Below the pieces are notes generated by a model. It was not told the origin of the DNA, made no database searches, and saw nothing but the letters and a program-made list of their open reading frames with translations. This document shows positions 62,577 through 64,000 of a stretch of 64,000 nt of DNA, in pieces. Both the position numbers and the translations under genes were made by a program. This stretch comes from a bacterium (GTDB lineage: Bacteria; UBA8248), in assembly GCA_965221165.1 (NCBI GenBank), contig CBDCRP010000002.1:64001-128000 (forward strand), written 5' to 3'. Each line of letters begins with the position of its first letter. The stretch's first letter is position 1.

Positions 62577-62897
62577 ATGGAATGTACGCTTTTAGAAGCA
62601 CCTATAGAATGTCATTTTGCATCGAAAGGCTCCAATGGCCAAAATAAGTGTTCATACAATGGGAATTCCTGCTTTCCCGTTGTGGAGGAATGCCTTTCAG
62701 GTGATGACCAGAAATCATGTGAACATATCGTAGAGTTTCCAAAAGGGACCTTTTGCGCTAAATTCCCCAACCCGGAAAATCGTTGGGAACGTGGCAGATG
62801 CCCCCTTGCCACGCATATCAAAGTGGACTTTGAAGCCCCTCTGGAGAAGAAACTAAACCCACTGAAGGCCTCGAAACGAGCTGCACGAGGAAATTAA
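62577..62897 (+). CDS. PxxKW-like cysteine-rich protein
   Basis: Multiple Cys, PNPENRW..GRCPLATH and terminal KKLNPLKASKR. Confidence 0.7.
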   Translation: MECTLLEAPIECHFASKGSNGQNKCSYNGNSCFPVVEECLSGDDQKSCEHIVEFPKGTFCAKFPNPENRWERGRCPLATHIKVDFEAPLEKKLNPLKASKRAARGN

Positions 62898-62915
62898 CTA
62901 TCAACTAACAAATTT

Positions 62916-62947
62916 GGGCATCACAAAACCGCTGTTTTGTGATGCCC
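62916..62947. terminator. Hairpin/terminator between convergent genes
   Basis: GGGCATCACAAAAC-CGCT-GTTTTGTGATGCCC. Confidence 0.7.
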
Positions 62948-62956
62948 CAACAGGTT

Positions 62957-64000
62957 TTATACGACCAAAAGAGCTAAAACCCCAGCAATGATAAATATCT
63001 GATCAGTGGCTACCTCCATGAGCCCACTATGACCGAGTATTTTTTGAGTATACCAGTAGAGGCATATCCCCGCATATATAACCGGAATAAGCATAACATA
63101 ACCAAAAAATGGAACGACCCATCCATTTATAGAAGCGGTAATGAGAGCAACAACCAATGCAACACAAATCACTCCCAAAAGCGCTTCAGTCTGTTCTTTT
63201 CCTAAAACAATCGGCAATGTCCTTTTGCCCACAATCCGATCACCTTGAATATCTCTCAGTTCCATTAAGCCAGTACGGAAAAAAATCAAACCGAAGGTAG
63301 CGAATATAGAAACTATCCAGCCAGTCGAAATCAACTGAAAATTTGCCAACGCGGGTAGAAATGCCATACTAAAGGTCCAGCCCAGTGCAAGTACCAGGAT
63401 TTTCAAGGAAGGAAAATTTATTACCCGACTTACAAGAGCGCGAGGTTCGAGCTTGAGACTACAAAAAATGGCCCAAGCTAAACCCACGACCATGATGCCC
63501 CCTGTCAAGTAGGAGATGCTTATGCCGAACACGATTGACACGAAAGCAGCAACCCCACCCAAAGACAATAATATGGTTTTGTGCTTTTCATAAAATTGAG
63601 CTCGATTGGGTTCGTTGTACCTATCCGCCTCATAGCTGATGCAACGATTTATTGTATGCGCGGCAAAAAGATAGAGTCCTGCCGTAATGGCGAGTTTCAT
63701 CGACAAGGGGAAACCACCCAATTTTGCTATAGCGATACTCCCCAATAGCGCAGACAAGAGAAGAAGCACATTTGCTCTCGACATCACCTTGAGAAAATCA
63801 AAAATCTTATCCGCGCCATTTTGGTTTGGATCGGGAATTGCTTCGATACGATTCACGACGCGCCGTATCATCCAATCCGGCGTGGAAGCGCCCGCCGTGA
63901 CTGCGATGTTTTTATATTTTTGCAAAAATTTCTCATCAATTTCATCTTCGGTTTCGATGAGAATCGAATCCGCCCCCCCTTCTTTCGCCACTTCTACCAA
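62957..64000 (-). CDS. ispH: IspH-UbiA fusion, C-terminal part (5' end outside the window)
   Basis: IspH C-terminus IET..E..VTAGASTPDW followed in frame by a multi-TM UbiA-like domain (ADRYN.P.R; RDIQGDRIVGKRTLP). Confidence 0.82.
   Translation of the reverse strand: MVEVAKEGGADSILIETEDEIDEKFLQKYKNIAVTAGASTPDWMIRRVVNRIEAIPDPNQNGADKIFDFLKVMSRANVLLLLSALLGSIAIAKLGGFPLSMKLAITAGLYLFAAHTINRCISYEADRYNEPNRAQFYEKHKTILLSLGGVAAFVSIVFGISISYLTGGIMVVGLAWAIFCSLKLEPRALVSRVINFPSLKILVLALGWTFSMAFLPALANFQLISTGWIVSIFATFGLIFFRTGLMELRDIQGDRIVGKRTLPIVLGKEQTEALLGVICVALVVALITASINGWVVPFFGYVMLIPVIYAGICLYWYTQKILGHSGLMEVATDQIFIIAGVLALLVV

Overview
A 64-kb bacterial chromosomal window, mostly GC-rich and visibly more AT-rich from about 52.6 kb to the end. 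In order it contains: a partial plsC; a xanthine-dehydrogenase-family Mo-hydroxylase (large and FAD subunits, no Fe-S subunit) followed by a DcaP-like porin; SDRs, a cupin and an LLM monooxygenase; a broken TAXI/TRAP transporter; a catabolic operon (flavoprotein, beta-hydroxyacid dehydrogenase, UbiX, FdrA, amidase) behind a TIM-barrel/Tm-1-like gene pair; a 9-gene MoxR/DUF58/BatA/DUF4159/DUF4175 cluster; a soluble NAD-linked formate dehydrogenase; three EamA transporters (one dead); a REP-rich stretch; an aldehyde:ferredoxin oxidoreductase; an acyl-CoA dehydrogenase; lutA and a lutB-lutC fusion; glnA, glnD and glnB; an intact IS256 with target-site duplication; and an IspH-UbiA fusion. The strongest hidden signals are these. 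(1) Two selenoprotein genes are cut by the ORF track at in-frame TGA codons: a tandem-rhodanese sulfurtransferase (Y-U-Q-T-G-Y-R) and an AhpD-like protein (C-x-x-U), each with a SECIS-like hairpin right after the UGA. (2) A HEPN-domain islet is bracketed by an 87-bp duplication of the aor 3' end. (3) A family of hairpins has a conserved 13-nt loop on variable stems. (4) One gene appears to start at ATT. All family assignments come from motif recognition by eye; no database searches were run.
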